Source of the DNA: a virus
Lineage: Duplodnaviria > Caudoviricetes
DNA: 60,821 bases
IMG/VR virus record: IMGVR_UViG_3300025030_000111
Span: 1-60,821 of that record
Reading direction: 5' to 3' (one strand)
Under the pieces are notes generated by a model that was not told where the DNA came from, made no database searches, and saw only the letters and a program-made list of their open reading frames with translations. Made by a program: the position numbers and the translations under genes. This document shows, piece by piece, positions 50,868-60,821 of this stretch (positions are counted from its first letter, which is position 1; each line of letters starts with the position of its first letter).

Positions 50868-52520
50868 ATGGTACAGGCTCTTTCATCCTTTCATACTAAG
50901 TTTGCAGAGAATATTTTTTATACTAAGTACGCACATGGACCAAGAGACACCTGGGAGGCTTTGGCAGATAGGTTAGTAGACGACGTTTGTGGAACGAACG
51001 GTCGGGACTTTACGACTCCTCTTCTCTCGCAAGAAGAAATCAAGGAGTTGAAGCGCCTTATTCGAGAGAAGAAGTTTGTCCCTGGGGGGCGCTACCTATA
51101 CTATGCCGGAAGGGCTTCCCACGCCTTCAATAACTGTCTGTTGCTTAAAGCGGAGGAGGACACAAGAGAAGAATGGGGGGCGCTAATTCATCGAGCTTCT
51201 GATTGTTTGATGGCGGGGGCGGGAATAGGAGTCAATTATTCTATTCTTCGTCCTAGAGGAACGCCCTTAATTCGTACGGGGGGAGCCGCGTCTGGGCCTG
51301 TTCCTTTAATGTGCTCAGTTAATGAGGTAGGGCGAAATGTAAAACAGGGGGGCGGAAGAAGATCTGCCATTTGGGCCGGGTTGAACTGGCAACACGGAGA
51401 TATTTTTGAGTTCACCTATGCCAAGAATTGGTCAGAGGCCGTGAGACGCCTAAAAGAGGAAGATTTTAACTTTCCGGCTCAACTCGACATGACAAACATT
51501 AGTGTTTGCTGGGATACCGCCTTCATTGAAGGCTATAAGAAGACGGGAAAGCTTCCAAAAATTTGGTACGACAGTGTGAAACAAATGCTGAAAACGGCAG
51601 AGCCCGGCCACTCTTATGATTTCTACAAGAACGAAATCTATAACTGTCGAAATGCCTGTGCAGAGGTGGTCTCAGCAGATGACAGCGATATTTGTAATTT
51701 AGGTAGTGTTAACATCGGGGCAATCGATTCTTTAGGGGAGCTTGTCTATGTTGTTGAGCTAGCGGCGAAATTTTTGGTTTGCGGGACGGTTCGAGCCGAT
51801 TTGCCGTATCAGAAGGTTTATAAAGTTAGGGAGAAGAATAGGAGAATCGGGCTAGGGCTGATGGGGATACATGCCTGGTTAATCAAGCGGGGGTATAAAT
51901 ACGAGGTAGTGCCAGAGCTGCATGATTGGTTATTGGAATATAGGTATCATTCGGAGTACGGGGCTAAAGAGCTTTGCGATGATCTGGGCATCTCTAGACC
52001 AATTGCTTATCGGTCTATCGCACCGACCGGCACAATTTCTATTTTGGCCTCTACTACCACGGGGATTGAACCTCTCTTTGCCACGGCCTACAAACGGCGC
52101 TATATTGTAGAAGGAAACACTTGGAAGTATGAATATGTCATTGATGCTACCGCTCAACAGCTCATTAATGAAACTGGGGCAGACCCAGACAAGATTGAGA
52201 CAGCTTACTCTTTGGCAGGAGATCCGGAGCGGCGAATTAGATTTCAAGCAGATGTTCAGGACTACGTGGACATGGCAATTTCAAGCACAATTAATTTACC
52301 TGCCTGGGGAACTCCCATGAATAATGATGACACGGCAAAAGATTTTGCTGAGCTGTTAGCTAAGTATGCTCATCGTTTGCGTGGGTTTACTGCCTATCCG
52401 GATGGGGCTAGAGGGGGCCAGCCAATTACTGAGGTTTCGTATTCTTATGCTAGGGGTAAAGAAGGAGTAGTCTACGAGGAAAACGAGGAGGCGTGTAAGT
52501 CGGGGGTGTGCGGCGTCTAG
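50868..52520 (+). CDS. nrdJ: class II (adenosylcobalamin-dependent) ribonucleotide reductase
   Basis: PGGR, FNNC, NACAE, CNLGS, RRIGLG, IAPTGTIS, AISSTINLP, C-terminal CKSGVC; no beta-subunit gene nearby. Confidence 0.88.
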   Translation: MVQALSSFHTKFAENIFYTKYAHGPRDTWEALADRLVDDVCGTNGRDFTTPLLSQEEIKELKRLIREKKFVPGGRYLYYAGRASHAFNNCLLLKAEEDTREEWGALIHRASDCLMAGAGIGVNYSILRPRGTPLIRTGGAASGPVPLMCSVNEVGRNVKQGGGRRSAIWAGLNWQHGDIFEFTYAKNWSEAVRRLKEEDFNFPAQLDMTNISVCWDTAFIEGYKKTGKLPKIWYDSVKQMLKTAEPGHSYDFYKNEIYNCRNACAEVVSADDSDICNLGSVNIGAIDSLGELVYVVELAAKFLVCGTVRADLPYQKVYKVREKNRRIGLGLMGIHAWLIKRGYKYEVVPELHDWLLEYRYHSEYGAKELCDDLGISRPIAYRSIAPTGTISILASTTTGIEPLFATAYKRRYIVEGNTWKYEYVIDATAQQLINETGADPDKIETAYSLAGDPERRIRFQADVQDYVDMAISSTINLPAWGTPMNNDDTAKDFAELLAKYAHRLRGFTAYPDGARGGQPITEVSYSYARGKEGVVYEENEEACKSGVCGV

Positions 52521-52945
52521 ACAGAAAATGTAATATACGTTATTCTAGAGAGGGAGGGTTTTAGGCGTGAGGCTGTATAAAATCGAGGGGGGAAAGTATA
52601 ACCTAGAACTGGGCTCCTCCACAGACATGCGAGATTTTTACCCAACTCCATACGGAACGATATTTTCAGAAAAGTTACTGGATAGTATCGTTGAGCAATA
52701 CAGTGAGCTTAAAAAGGGAGGCCCTAAGTTTCCCGCCGCGTGGCATATCGAGGGCAAGCTGATTGTTGATACCGAAACGGGGGCGGCGGTCTGGGGCGAT
52801 GATTGGGAGCTGTCATCGTTAGATTGTTTATGTACGATTATGAATTTAGTATATGCTAAAATCAAAAGTGAGCAGTCTGATAAGGTGGATCAGAGGAAAG
52901 CTTGTGCCCGCTCGGGCGCGAGTGGATTGGGGAGTGTTCGATAAA

Positions 52946-53377
52946 ATGCAAGAAATTCCAGTTGGGTTTAAGAAGCTTGTTCCAGAGGCCAAGTTACCGA
53001 CGATTGCCCATCCTGGAGATGCCGGGATGGATCTCTACTGTGTCGGCCCCACCTTTGTCCCTGTAGGCGGAGCCCCAACGCTTATCTCGACAGGTATTGC
53101 TGTGGATCTTCATCCCATGTACTGGGGTCTGATCAAGAGTAAGTCGGGATTGGCTGCGAAAGGGTTGGATGTCGGAGCAGGCGTGGTTGATGTAGGCTAC
53201 TCCGGAGAAATTAAGGTCGTGATGTTTAATCATTCTGGTTCTGGGTATCAGTTTAAAGCAGGGGATAAGATTGCACAGTTAATTCTGATTCCCTATGTTC
53301 CGACACGGATCTATGAGGTCGAGCATCTGAAGAAGTCTCAACGCGGGGCTTCTGGTTTTGGGAGTTCGGGCCGGTGA
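52946..53377 (+). CDS. dut: dUTPase (trimeric)
   Basis: DAGMDL, KSKSGLA, GVVDVGYSGE, IAQLI, RGASGFGSSG. Confidence 0.95.
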   Translation: MQEIPVGFKKLVPEAKLPTIAHPGDAGMDLYCVGPTFVPVGGAPTLISTGIAVDLHPMYWGLIKSKSGLAAKGLDVGAGVVDVGYSGEIKVVMFNHSGSGYQFKAGDKIAQLILIPYVPTRIYEVEHLKKSQRGASGFGSSGR

Positions 53378-53640
53378 GTATGACAAAGCTCGAATTGTAC
53401 GACGTGGTTTTCAAGCCCAATGAGAGATCATTTTTTGGCCGAGAGGTTCTATCAATTCGTGTAACTGTGCCCCATTATTCAGATATATCGGATACAGTAA
53501 GAAGGGCTTATTTGGCGGCAGAGTTGGAGGTCATCGATTCGCCAGTCACCTATATGGAAAATAAAATAGAGGACGTGAGGAAGTACGTCCTGGAGTCTTT
53601 GACTCGTTCTGGTCATGTTTATATTTAAAGGAGAAAAATT

Positions 53641-53775
53641 ATGCTAGGCTTTGATTTAGACCCGGCGACGTTAGACACGCTATGGAAGGCGGCGGTCTCA
53701 ATTCTGTCTGGGGTTGGTGTGCTCTGGTCGTTCTTCCAGCATAAAACCTTGAAGACCAAGGTGGACAAAGAGTAG
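53641..53775 (+). CDS. 44-aa single-TM membrane protein (holin-like?), not in the ORF track
   Basis: RBS AAGGAG; MLGFDLDPATLDTLWKAAVSILSGVGVLWSFFQHKTLKTKVDKE. Confidence 0.5.
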   Translation: MLGFDLDPATLDTLWKAAVSILSGVGVLWSFFQHKTLKTKVDKE

Positions 53776-54144
53776 GTTAAGAACGTAGCTCTAACGCTAC
53801 CGAATTAGGGGTGATTGATGCGCCAGATTCAACCGGATCACGTCCTTCAATTTGACGTAGAGGTGATCCAGACAGCGACTCCTGAAGATTTTCTCAAAGA
53901 GGAGTTAGATTTCGGAGGTACGTTTGATGATGTTGAAGAGTGGCGTGCTTACAGTCTGGCGATGGCCAAAGCCTATCCAGAAGGGATCACCGCCGCCTAC
54001 TTTAATCAATCTCTGGAGCAATACCACTTCAACAAATCAATTGCTAATTTGGAGAAGTATGGGTTGATCCGGATTTCGGAGGATGAAGAGGGCCGGGACA
54101 CTTATCAAATTGATCCAAATGTGAAAATTATAGGAGATTAAATC

Positions 54145-54576
54145 TTGGCAAATGGTGATATTTCTTGTGCATTGACAATATCAGGGACTACAAGTAACGG
54201 CGAAACGATTAAAGGACTGACCAACACGAAGACTTACTCTAGTATCGCGGGGGTGTATGAGAGGACTCTCTCAGTTGATACCACGGCCAGAACTGTTATT
54301 GTCATTGATGCTACTAATGTGGACGGGGACGCTCTCGCCGCATTGAACTTCTTCGCCGTGAAAAATACCCACGCTTCCGTGGCCATAAGGGTAGGCTTAG
54401 TATCGGCAACGGACACTGTTTTCATTCAGGTAGACGCAGGAGAGTCTTTTATCTTAGGTTCGGATCAGATTGATGCCAATGTTACAGGAGCCGCCTACAG
54501 TGCAATGGTTGCCATTACCTCAATCACACTTACTGCGGCCAGCGGGTCTGTTGTGGCGGGAGTTATTGCATTTTGA
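54145..54576 (+). CDS. beta-rich Ala/Thr/Val protein, virion-decoration-like
   Basis: RBS AGGAG with a TTG start; composition typical of structural proteins. Confidence 0.45.
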   Translation: MANGDISCALTISGTTSNGETIKGLTNTKTYSSIAGVYERTLSVDTTARTVIVIDATNVDGDALAALNFFAVKNTHASVAIRVGLVSATDTVFIQVDAGESFILGSDQIDANVTGAAYSAMVAITSITLTAASGSVVAGVIAF

Positions 54577-54832
54577 TCTCTGAATTAGAATTACTTCGGC
54601 GGCCCCTGTTGAAACCTTATTTTTATTTTCAGGGTCGAGATGATAATGATAAGTGGTTTCCTCCGGATTATTTAGAAGCTGAAGATTGGGAGGGGGCGCT
54701 AAAGATAATGCAACACTTGTCTAAACAGTTTCAGGCCCCTCTTATTGAGAATGAGAAAGAGTGGGTACTTGAACAGTCTTTTGACGATTGTGGGGGCGGC
54801 ACAAGATATGTACTGAAGAAAACGGATCAATA

Positions 54833-55936
54833 ATGTTAAAGTTTGACCTAGAAGAGCTAGAGAAGTATGTCTCCGAAGGATTGCTACGCCGTCAGAGACA
54901 CTCAACTCTACCATTGACCATCTGGAAATATTCAGAGAAGTGTCAGTACGAGAAAGCTTGGAATCCGACCCTTCGGCAGATGCGCGGGGTTGTTTTAGAT
55001 GATGAGGGAAATCGAGTCACCCGACCGTTTGACAAGTTCTTCAACTTTACCAGGTTGGAAAACGGGAAACTCTATGATGAGTTGGATCAATCGGTAAATT
55101 TAAATGATTATCATTATATTTTTGTTAAATACGACGGTTCCTTAATTACAGTCACCGAAAATGATAAGTATGGCTTGATTATTACTTCATCTGGCTCTTT
55201 TACCTCGGCCCATGTTGGTTGGGCCGAGGAAATTATTCGAGAGAAGTATCCCCGTCGGAATTTTCAACCGGGGTTTACTTATTGTTTTGAGTTGATTCAT
55301 CCGGATAATAGGATTGTAGTCAATTATCAAGAGATGAGAGATCTGATTCTTCTTGCCCAGATTAATATAAAGAGTGGATGGGAGGTGGGCCCGGCTGATC
55401 GAATATTCGCAGGATTTCCGGTAGCCGAGACATTAAACTCCCCACTTTCTGTGGTAATAGATAAGTTAGGAGAAGCGTTCGCTAATCAGGAAGGGGTTGT
55501 CATGTTCTTTCTGGGACAACCTAATCGGCGTCCCTTCAGGATCAAAGCAAAATTTTTCGAGTACGTCCGGCTACACAAAAAAATGGATATTTCAAACAGA
55601 GACCTCTGGGAGGCCCTTAGAGGTGGCAGACCCATAGGGGAGACCTTAGATGCCGTTCCAGATGAATTGATGGCCTCAGTGAGGATTGTGGAGGGCCAGT
55701 TAAAACATGAGTTTGATAAAATCATGTGGAAAGTCTATTCTGCCTTTACACAGACTCAAGTAGAAGGGCTAGAGGACAGAAAAGAGTTTGCTCTTTATGT
55801 GATGAAAAATTATAAGGAGATTTCAACTGTCCTCTTCTGCTTAAAAGATGGGCAGGACATGAGAGCCAGAGATTTTGTCTGGAAGATGATCAAACCTGAG
55901 CGGGCCCAGAAACTGTGGGGAGTTCAAGGTGAGTAG
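54833..55936 (+). CDS. T4 Rnl1-like RNA ligase
   Basis: RGVVLD...RPFDKFFN, KYDGSL, FELIHP.NRIVV.Y, EGVV, IKAKFFEY. Confidence 0.9.
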   Translation: MLKFDLEELEKYVSEGLLRRQRHSTLPLTIWKYSEKCQYEKAWNPTLRQMRGVVLDDEGNRVTRPFDKFFNFTRLENGKLYDELDQSVNLNDYHYIFVKYDGSLITVTENDKYGLIITSSGSFTSAHVGWAEEIIREKYPRRNFQPGFTYCFELIHPDNRIVVNYQEMRDLILLAQINIKSGWEVGPADRIFAGFPVAETLNSPLSVVIDKLGEAFANQEGVVMFFLGQPNRRPFRIKAKFFEYVRLHKKMDISNRDLWEALRGGRPIGETLDAVPDELMASVRIVEGQLKHEFDKIMWKVYSAFTQTQVEGLEDRKEFALYVMKNYKEISTVLFCLKDGQDMRARDFVWKMIKPERAQKLWGVQGE

Positions 55937-57301
55937 AGATCAACTAGTTGACTACTTTTCTCGTGAGTTTGAGAAGAAGATGACCCCTTATTTTATTGCT
56001 CTTTACAAAGGAGATTATCAGGAAATGATTCGTCTTCACACTCAAAGCTACGAGAAGAGAAGACAGAGTGTTCTGGAATCTATTCAACATGCAAAAGATC
56101 ATTACGTACCTAAATACGGACGAAGTGGTCCCCATATTGGATTAAAGGGGTTGGCCGATTTTGAGAGGGATCTTGTGGTGCTCGAAGAAGAGCACGCCGA
56201 GACGATTGCCAATCTGAAGGAGAAAGGGAATGTCTAAGTTTGGACAGGCTCCGACGTTCCCTATTCAAGTTCATCTCCGCTATGCTGAGCGAGATTATAT
56301 TTTTTCGGAGACGGGCTACTACGACATGGATCATGTCCGATATATGTACAAAGAGGGAAACTTCTCCTGTGACTGCAACAAAAGCTTATTTATCCAGCAG
56401 TTATGTGATGAGGAGTTTCCTGAGTTTGAGTGTGGTAATCTGATCGAGTTAGTTTCAGTTGAGGAGAAAAAAGATGCCAGTATTTGAAATTTTTGGGTCT
56501 TATTCCGGTTCGTTTCCTCTTGGAGAGATCGAAGCGGAGAATGAGGATGCGGCCTATGATAAGGCCGAAGAACTGTTTGGGAGTAAGACAATACAAGTGT
56601 CGTTAACTGATATGGATTTAGATGAAGAGATCTATTTTGATGATATTGAGGTTTCGGAAGCATGATCAGGCGGTTTGTCGAACGGTTTGAGGCGGGGAAA
56701 GACACCTTACGGGAGAGTCTGTCGAAGGAACATCCCTCCGATTATGAAGCCTTAGTCAAACTACTGGTCGAGACGATCACTTCTGACGATTATGACGATA
56801 TCGACCCTGAACGAATTCGTGAGATTAATGATGGCGACTACCAGGGAACTCTAGTTTATGTTATCGGGGCAAAGGGCTATCAACCCTCAACTTATTATTA
56901 CACGAGGGTCAATTATGGTTCTTGCTCCGGCTGCGACACGCTCCAGGCGATTCGGGATTACGATTCCGATGAGTTTCCTAACGAACAGCAGATTGAGGAG
57001 TACCTAACTCTTGTTCTCCACTTGCTTCAAAATTTGAAGCAGATGTACGACACCTAGACGGAGTATGGAATACGATATATACTTGACCTCTGATGTGTTA
57101 GATCGGGCAGTCCGACATGCAATTTGTCGATCCTACGGGGCAGTCAATGCGTGGATTAAGGACGAAAAATCAAACGAGCCGCTGGTTATTAGATACACAT
57201 ACAGGCAACCGGCTGGTCCCATGGGTAGCGAGCAAGAAGAGGCGTGGGTGTCTAATTGTATATCTATAACTAAGGCTGATTTTCTTAAGGATCAATTTTA
57301 A
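55929..57301 (+). CDS. small hypothetical genes (55929-56237, 56230-56487, about 56474-56665, 56662-57057, 57065-57301)
   Basis: Coupled ORFs; Cys motifs GNFSCDCN and YGSCSGCD. Confidence 0.6.
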
Positions 57302-58050
57302 AGTGCTTGCTCATCTCCGAGATTAAACTCTTTTTTTAGATCATATCTACGTCCATGAACAGTTCCTACGCCGCGAGAAATGCACATTTTTCGACTTAGT
57401 ACATCTGCTTGCCATCTTGGGTTGGCCTGTTTAGAAACGGCTTCCGCCAGCTTTATCAATCTGGTCTGTTCCGTAATTACACGACCTGCCGTTGCTGCAA
57501 AGTAGCGGGCGCGTGTGCCTGCTGAGAGAGAGCCCATTTGAACGCAGATATCCAGCATTAACGCCACCGCCCGTTCCGTGACAAATTTGTACTTTTTACA
57601 GTAGTCAATCGCTCTGTCCATATAGGGCTTGGCGAACTCTCGTTGCACCGCTTGAAATTCTGGTTCCTTACCTAGATTAGTGAACAGCTCTTCCCAGTGG
57701 GGGGCCAATCGAAAGGTCTTGGGGTTCTGGCGGGAGGGGTCTGTAAAGTAAGCTCTGAATCCAGAAATGGGGGCGTCACAAGCGATTAGCAGAGGTTTGG
57801 AGAGGTCAACCTTCTTTTTGTAGAAGTTTACATAGACAGTACAACACTTAGAGAAGAGTTCTGGGTTTCGCTTGTTCATCGCCTTGATGACAGGTTGTAA
57901 CTTCCCTTGCCCGGCAGCAAATTGGATAAACCCAAAAGATATAATCTGACCGTCTCGATTACCTGCTAAAGTACAGTAACCTTTCCCCCCCTCAAAATTT
58001 TTTGTAATTTCAAAGGCTTGTAGTTTTGCTTCTTCTAATGTCTTAGCCAC
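57298..58050 (-). CDS. putative lysozyme-like peptidoglycan hydrolase (endolysin candidate)
   Basis: ITKNFEGG...LAGNRDGQIISFGFIQF lysozyme-fold pattern; RBS GGAGG with a GTG start. Confidence 0.6.
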   Translation of the reverse strand: MAKTLEEAKLQAFEITKNFEGGKGYCTLAGNRDGQIISFGFIQFAAGQGKLQPVIKAMNKRNPELFSKCCTVYVNFYKKKVDLSKPLLIACDAPISGFRAYFTDPSRQNPKTFRLAPHWEELFTNLGKEPEFQAVQREFAKPYMDRAIDYCKKYKFVTERAVALMLDICVQMGSLSAGTRARYFAATAGRVITEQTRLIKLAEAVSKQANPRWQADVLSRKMCISRGVGTVHGRRYDLKKEFNLGDEQAL

Positions 58051-58317
58051 GGATTGAACCTCCTCTCCAGTTATCCTATACTATTATTATGAGCTTAATT
58101 GAGTGCAAGAGAGAAAGAGGAGAACTATTGTGCGTTCAGAACTACTTTGTCCTAATAACGGAAAGATGTTTCCACAAGGAGGAGGAGATAGATTAGGAGG
58201 ATGTCCTTACTGTAACTGGTGGAGAATAGGATTAGAGTTTAGAAGTATAAAACACCCAGATGGGAGAATGATGGAGACTGTTCCTGGGTACAGTGTAAGG
58301 GTTGATAAGAAGAAGGG

Positions 58318-58347
58318 TTGACTTGGGCATGTTCACTGTGCTATAGT
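58318..58347 (+). promoter_or_regulatory. promoter for the HNH-AP2 gene
   Basis: TTGACT-18-TATAGT with an extended TG. Confidence 0.5.
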
Positions 58348-58380
58348 TTACTTGTAATATAGCACAGTGGAGGTTATAAA

Positions 58381-59334
58381 TTGAGCAAGTACCCAAGAGA
58401 GTTACGAGCGGCGGTGTGCGAATCTTATTTACAAGATTTGGATTACCAAAGAGTGTTCTTAGAGTATGGAGTGTCAAAAAATACAATAAGTAATTGGTTG
58501 AGGGAAATGGGAATATCCACTACCTTAGCCGCAGAGAGAAGATGGGCTAAAGGAAAACAGGAAGCTATTGAATTGATAAGTTCCCTTAAGCTGCCTGATG
58601 AAACTCAGGCTATTCCGCTGACTCAGGGGAAGTATACCTTGGTAGATGGGGATGAGTATGACTGGTTGATGCTTCGACCTTGGCATTACAGTCATGGCTA
58701 TGCTAAATGCCCTTCTGGAGGCGGAAGAGGGGTATCCAGACCTATCCCTATGCACTTGATGCTACTGGAACATTGGTACGGCCCTTCTAATCTTGTGGGG
58801 GACCATAAGAATGGTGATACTTTGGACAATAGGCGGGATAATCTTCGTTGGGCAACTCAGCAACAAAACGCTCAAAATGCTAGAAGAGGAAAAGACAAAG
58901 AATACACGTCCAAATACAAAGGAGTTTATTGGAAGAGAAGAGAGAATGCTTGGGCTGCTGCGATTACAGTGGGTGGGGAAAGCCAAGCGTTGGGGCTTTA
59001 CCATAAGGAAGAGGACGCTGCTTTTATTTACAATCAAGCTGCTATGAAACATCAGGGGGATTTTGCCGCTTTAAATGAGCTTCCCGATTGGGCTGACGGA
59101 AGTTCTAGAGTCAAGAGGAAGAATAAGAGCGGAACTACTGGGGTTTGCTATGACAAGAATAGAGATTGTTGGAGAGCGTTTATAAATGTAGATAAGAAGT
59201 GGATAGGTCTTGGGAGACATAAAACATTTGAGGAGGCGCTAAAAATTAGGAAACAGGCAGAGGAACTGTATGGAGTTAGTGGGAATCTAGCCTGTGATAG
59301 AATCGACCAGCGATTGCAGCAAAGTCTCCCGTAA
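58381..59334 (+). CDS. HTH-HNH-AP2-AP2 homing-endonuclease-like protein
   Basis: N-terminal HTH YGVSKNTISNW; DHKNGDTLDNRRDNLR; SKYKGVYW and SGTTGVCY AP2 repeats. Confidence 0.88.
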   Translation: MSKYPRELRAAVCESYLQDLDYQRVFLEYGVSKNTISNWLREMGISTTLAAERRWAKGKQEAIELISSLKLPDETQAIPLTQGKYTLVDGDEYDWLMLRPWHYSHGYAKCPSGGGRGVSRPIPMHLMLLEHWYGPSNLVGDHKNGDTLDNRRDNLRWATQQQNAQNARRGKDKEYTSKYKGVYWKRRENAWAAAITVGGESQALGLYHKEEDAAFIYNQAAMKHQGDFAALNELPDWADGSSRVKRKNKSGTTGVCYDKNRDCWRAFINVDKKWIGLGRHKTFEEALKIRKQAEELYGVSGNLACDRIDQRLQQSLP

Positions 59335-60370
59335 TAATGTAGTTCTCAGGGAAGACGGTCTTGTTAGTAGTGTCGATATGGAACAAAGCAAAGCCCATGA
59401 TGGCCTTGCTCAGATTTTCAACATAGTGGGCATCAGGACGCGCTATACTACCTGTGACAGTCCAAGTGACCTTACCAAGAGCTAGATTACGATTGGAGAC
59501 TGTCCCAGGTCTGTGTGTGTGTCCTGATGTTCCTGACATACCAAATCCGAAGTCCTGGAAGTGAGAGGCGACAAAACAATCATAATAGATCACATAATTC
59601 TGACGAAGTTGTTCTTTGATGTCATTCTTGTTCCAAGCTGCTAAATCGACCTTCGAGTACAGATTAATCTCAAACGGCCTAACGCCAAAAATATCAGCAA
59701 TAGAAAGCCCCATAACGTCCGAAAGAAGTGTGCGCGTGTTGGGCGATTTATCAGCTAGGTGCTTGATGAGACGGAATGAATGGTTTCCCATTACATAATC
59801 AATCTGAGCATCAGGGCAGACTTCCCTTAGAGCGGAGAATATATTGATGTGGACGAAACCAAATCTCTCTTTTATTTTTATCTCTCTTGGGTCTTTGTCG
59901 AATCTCGAAAACTCATAATTATCAAATACGTCTCCGTTCAACAGAATGATATCCGGCTGGATTTGTTTAGCGACATCAATGAAGACTGACAAGACAAAAG
60001 GGTCGGATTCCAGATCGTGGAAGTCCGACCCGCAGAGGATGGTTTTGATCTTCTTGGATTTACCTACCCTCGGATACTTCTCCGTCCAGGGCATGACCTC
60101 ATCCCTGAAAAAATCCCGGTAGACATCGACGCTGGAGTGTCTGGCAATCTGGAGGAAGTGATTGTGCTGAGGCCGGGTATTTTCCAACCCGGCCCGCTTT
60201 CTAAACTCACTGAAAGTTCCAAAATACGCTTCCCAAGTTCTATCTGAGTAACTTCCTTTAGTTCGATAGTAGTTGCGTGAGATAAAGGTGTTGGGATAAT
60301 CTTCTTGGAGTTGTGCTAAGTCTCGGATACAATCATCGATTGTAATATGAGATTGAGCGGCCTCGGTCAT
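59276..60370 (-). CDS. calcineurin-like metallophosphoesterase with an N-terminal homing-endonuclease-associated-repeat-like domain
   Basis: SDFH, NGDVFD, GNH, GHTHR; N-terminal Y..KGSYS....YFGTF..F...AGL. Confidence 0.85.
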   Translation of the reverse strand: MTEAAQSHITIDDCIRDLAQLQEDYPNTFISRNYYRTKGSYSDRTWEAYFGTFSEFRKRAGLENTRPQHNHFLQIARHSSVDVYRDFFRDEVMPWTEKYPRVGKSKKIKTILCGSDFHDLESDPFVLSVFIDVAKQIQPDIILLNGDVFDNYEFSRFDKDPREIKIKERFGFVHINIFSALREVCPDAQIDYVMGNHSFRLIKHLADKSPNTRTLLSDVMGLSIADIFGVRPFEINLYSKVDLAAWNKNDIKEQLRQNYVIYYDCFVASHFQDFGFGMSGTSGHTHRPGTVSNRNLALGKVTWTVTGSIARPDAHYVENLSKAIMGFALFHIDTTNKTVFPENYIITGDFAAIAGRFYHRLDSH

Positions 60371-60455
60371 GCTCCATCCTCTCTGTTCCGATTCACCACT
60401 ATTACTTTAACAGAATATAAGGAAAAGAGCAAGTAGTCATCCTATTGAGTAGAGT

Positions 60456-60698
60456 TTAACTACCCAAAGAGACTGTAAAGACGCCAGTTTGTAGATCAAA
60501 CTCGAAAGGGGTTCCCTCGGTAATCCCGGCCAATTCCGCCGCTTGGTTCATCGCCTGAACATATCTATCAGCCACCCCCTGTGCCACAGCGTAAGTAGAA
60601 GTAGAGATTTCATTAGCGGCCATTGCAGCGGCGTATAGTTCCCGCAGCTTAGGGAGTTTGTTTTCTGGGGCGGTGTAAGTAACGGTAATTCCTGCCAT
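60456..60698 (-). CDS. hypothetical protein (MAGITVTY...)
   Basis: Minus-strand ORF; start uncertain. Confidence 0.45.
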   Translation of the reverse strand: MAGITVTYTAPENKLPKLRELYAAAMAANEISTSTYAVAQGVADRYVQAMNQAAELAGITEGTPFEFDLQTGVFTVSLGS

Positions 60699-60821
60699 AT
60701 TATTTTCTTCATCCGCTCCATTCTGGGACGGACCTGCTTCCAGCAGTTCTGCAAAGGGTTTGTTTCTAGACATCTGAGCTAAAGTCTCCAATAATAATAG
60801 AAGCCGAGAGGTTTTGGTTCT

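Larger units (their letters stand above)
1..60821. other. Fragment of a large dsDNA bacteriophage genome (early, replication and nucleotide-metabolism regions)
   Basis: Dense co-oriented small ORFs with overlapping stop/start codons; phage-type Pol A, SSB, helicases, primase, RNR, dUTPase, RNA ligases and HNH-AP2 genes; no cellular housekeeping operons. Confidence 0.93.

Noticed and set aside
1-60821. tRNA genes, introns/inteins and stop-codon recoding
   Set aside because: No cloverleaf with a T-loop consensus was noticed; Pol A, RNR, RecA and the helicases are uninterrupted and of normal size; genes end at TAA, TAG and TGA with tight coupling under the standard code. tRNAscan was not run

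Overview
This window is a 60.8-kb segment of a large tailed dsDNA bacteriophage genome. Genes are densely packed, almost all on the + strand, and frequently joined by ATGA/TGATG stop-start overlaps. The host cannot be identified from the sequence. Layout: (i) 0-7.2 kb, hypothetical genes interrupted by a TnpA-less IS200/IS605 tnpB element. (ii) 7.2-10.1 kb, a control region with phased repeats, a strong sigma70-type promoter, a structured leader carrying an rrn-like boxB-boxA, two hairpin-dense non-coding blocks, and an RHH-like regulator flanked by twin palindromes. (iii) 10-27 kb, many small early-type ORFs plus a MoxR AAA+/vWA pair and a SpoU RNA methyltransferase. (iv) 27-57 kb, replication, recombination and nucleotide genes (SNF2 helicase, SSB, Pol A, RecA, DnaB, primase, two resolvases, class II RNR, dUTPase, two RNA ligases) and an intact IscB-omegaRNA element. 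(v) 57-60.8 kb, minus-strand lysin-like and metallophosphoesterase genes with an HNH-AP2 gene between them. The most notable direct observation is that three IS200/IS605-type units (tnpB, iscB and a 34-bp micro-element at 6060-6093) each sit in an ATGA stop/start overlap, and removing each one in silico restores the overlap exactly. A possible orphan TnpB-type guide RNA lies at about 8450-8820. All family assignments come from motif recognition by eye; no database searches or folding programs were run.
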